Shown here: one piece after another, positions 31,446 through 32,000 of the stretch | Position numbering within the stretch: the stretch's first letter is position 1 | How the letters are laid out: the number at the start of each line of letters is the position of its first letter | NCBI GenBank assembly: GCA_000091165.1 | Contig: FP565575.1 | Location: 330,001 to 362,000, forward strand | Length of the DNA stretch: 32,000 bases | Origin: Candidatus Methylomirabilis oxygeniifera | GTDB lineage: Bacteria > Methylomirabilota > Methylomirabilia > Methylomirabilales > Methylomirabilaceae | Reading direction: 5' to 3' | Notes under the pieces: model-generated | What the model was told of the DNA's origin: nothing | Seen by the model: only the letters and a program-made list of their open reading frames with translations | Database searches by the model: none | Translations under genes and position numbers: made by a program

Positions 31446-32000
31446 ATGCGTGCGCATCTCCGACCGGCGATCGTCTCGCTGGCGCTCTTCACGATCCTTA
31501 CGGGACTCATCTATCCGCTCATCGTTACGGGCGTAGCCCAACGGCTCTTCCCGAGGCAGGCCAATGGCAGCCCGATCGTCCGGGACGGCCAGGCGGTCGG
31601 CTCTGCGCTCATCGGGCAGCCGTTTGACGACGCGAAGTATTTCTGGGGAAGGGCATCCGGTACCGCTCCCTTCCCGTACAATGCCGGGGCTTCCTCAGGA
31701 TCTAACCTCGGCCCAACGAACGAGACGCTGCGCAAGGCCATCCGGTCGCGCATCGAGGCCCTGCGTGCGGCCGACCCCAACAACCAGGCCCCTATCCCCG
31801 TAGATCTGGTCACGGCGTCAGCCAGCGGACTGGACCCGCACGTGAGTCCGGCCGGCGCCCTCTACCAGGTCAGGCGGGTCGCCCAAGCGCGCGGGCTGGA
31901 CGACGCCACGGTGCGCCACGTCGTCGAGCAGCACATCGAAGGGCGCCAGCTCGGCATCCTGGGCGAGCCGCGAGTCAACGTGCTACAATTAAATGAGGCG
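31446..32000 (+). CDS. kdpC: K+-transporting ATPase subunit C (5' part; runs off the window)
   Basis: It is not in the ORF track because there is no stop within the window. MRAHLRPAIVSLALFTILTGLIYPLIVTGVAQ...GSNLGPTN...ASASGLDPHVSPAGALYQ...GILGEPRVNVLQLN matches KdpC. Confidence 0.9.
   Translation, partial: MRAHLRPAIVSLALFTILTGLIYPLIVTGVAQRLFPRQANGSPIVRDGQAVGSALIGQPFDDAKYFWGRASGTAPFPYNAGASSGSNLGPTNETLRKAIRSRIEALRAADPNNQAPIPVDLVTASASGLDPHVSPAGALYQVRRVAQARGLDDATVRHVVEQHIEGRQLGILGEPRVNVLQLNEA

Noticed and set aside
1-32000. CRISPR arrays, tRNA/rRNA genes, integrases
   Set aside because: Reading the intergenic regions showed no regularly spaced direct repeats, no cloverleaf-like or rRNA-like segments, and no tyrosine or serine recombinase ORFs. 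The only repeats are the REP/MITE-like palindromes and the IS termini.

Overview
This is a chromosomal segment from a high-GC bacterium. Hand counts of 60-nt samples give about 63-65% GC in the housekeeping genes. I cannot assign the organism. The gene content and the GTCATTGCGAG-type intergenic repeats resemble NC10/Nitrospirae/Rokubacteria-like environmental lineages, but that is inference only.

Contents from left to right:
- A toxin-antitoxin-rich stretch: the tail of a YoeB/RelE-like gene, BrnT plus antitoxin, a DUF2442/DUF4160 pair, and HigBA.
- Within that stretch, a low-GC island (about 840-5520; spot counts 45-50% GC). It encodes a secreted DUF1353 protein and an uncharacterised cassette: a Lys-rich wHTH-like protein, an Abi_C/HEPN-like protein and a membrane-anchored protein. 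The middle gene is split by a high-GC IS3-family element.
- Housekeeping and accessory genes: DUF72, an ABM-fold protein, aconitase, a secreted Pro/Tyr-rich protein, an orphan HigA and dinB.
- A minus-strand operon: iscX, recD2, a TraR/DksA zinc finger and a nucleotidyltransferase.
- Fe/Mn SOD, recQ and nfuA.
- An MNT-HEPN module whose HEPN toxin is split by a second, unrelated IS3-family element.
- An SBP56 (methanethiol-oxidase-like)/Sco pair.
- A K+ uptake locus: a KimA-like APC transporter, two tiny membrane peptides including kdpF, kdpA, a frameshifted kdpB and the 5' part of kdpC.

I saw no rRNA, tRNA or CRISPR array.

The best candidates for something undescribed are the IS-disrupted island cassette (2182-5522) and the recD2/zinc-finger/NTase operon (13365-16722). 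A family of nested palindromic REP/MITE-like repeats occurs at five or more intergenic sites. All protein-family calls rest on motif recognition by eye, not on database searches.
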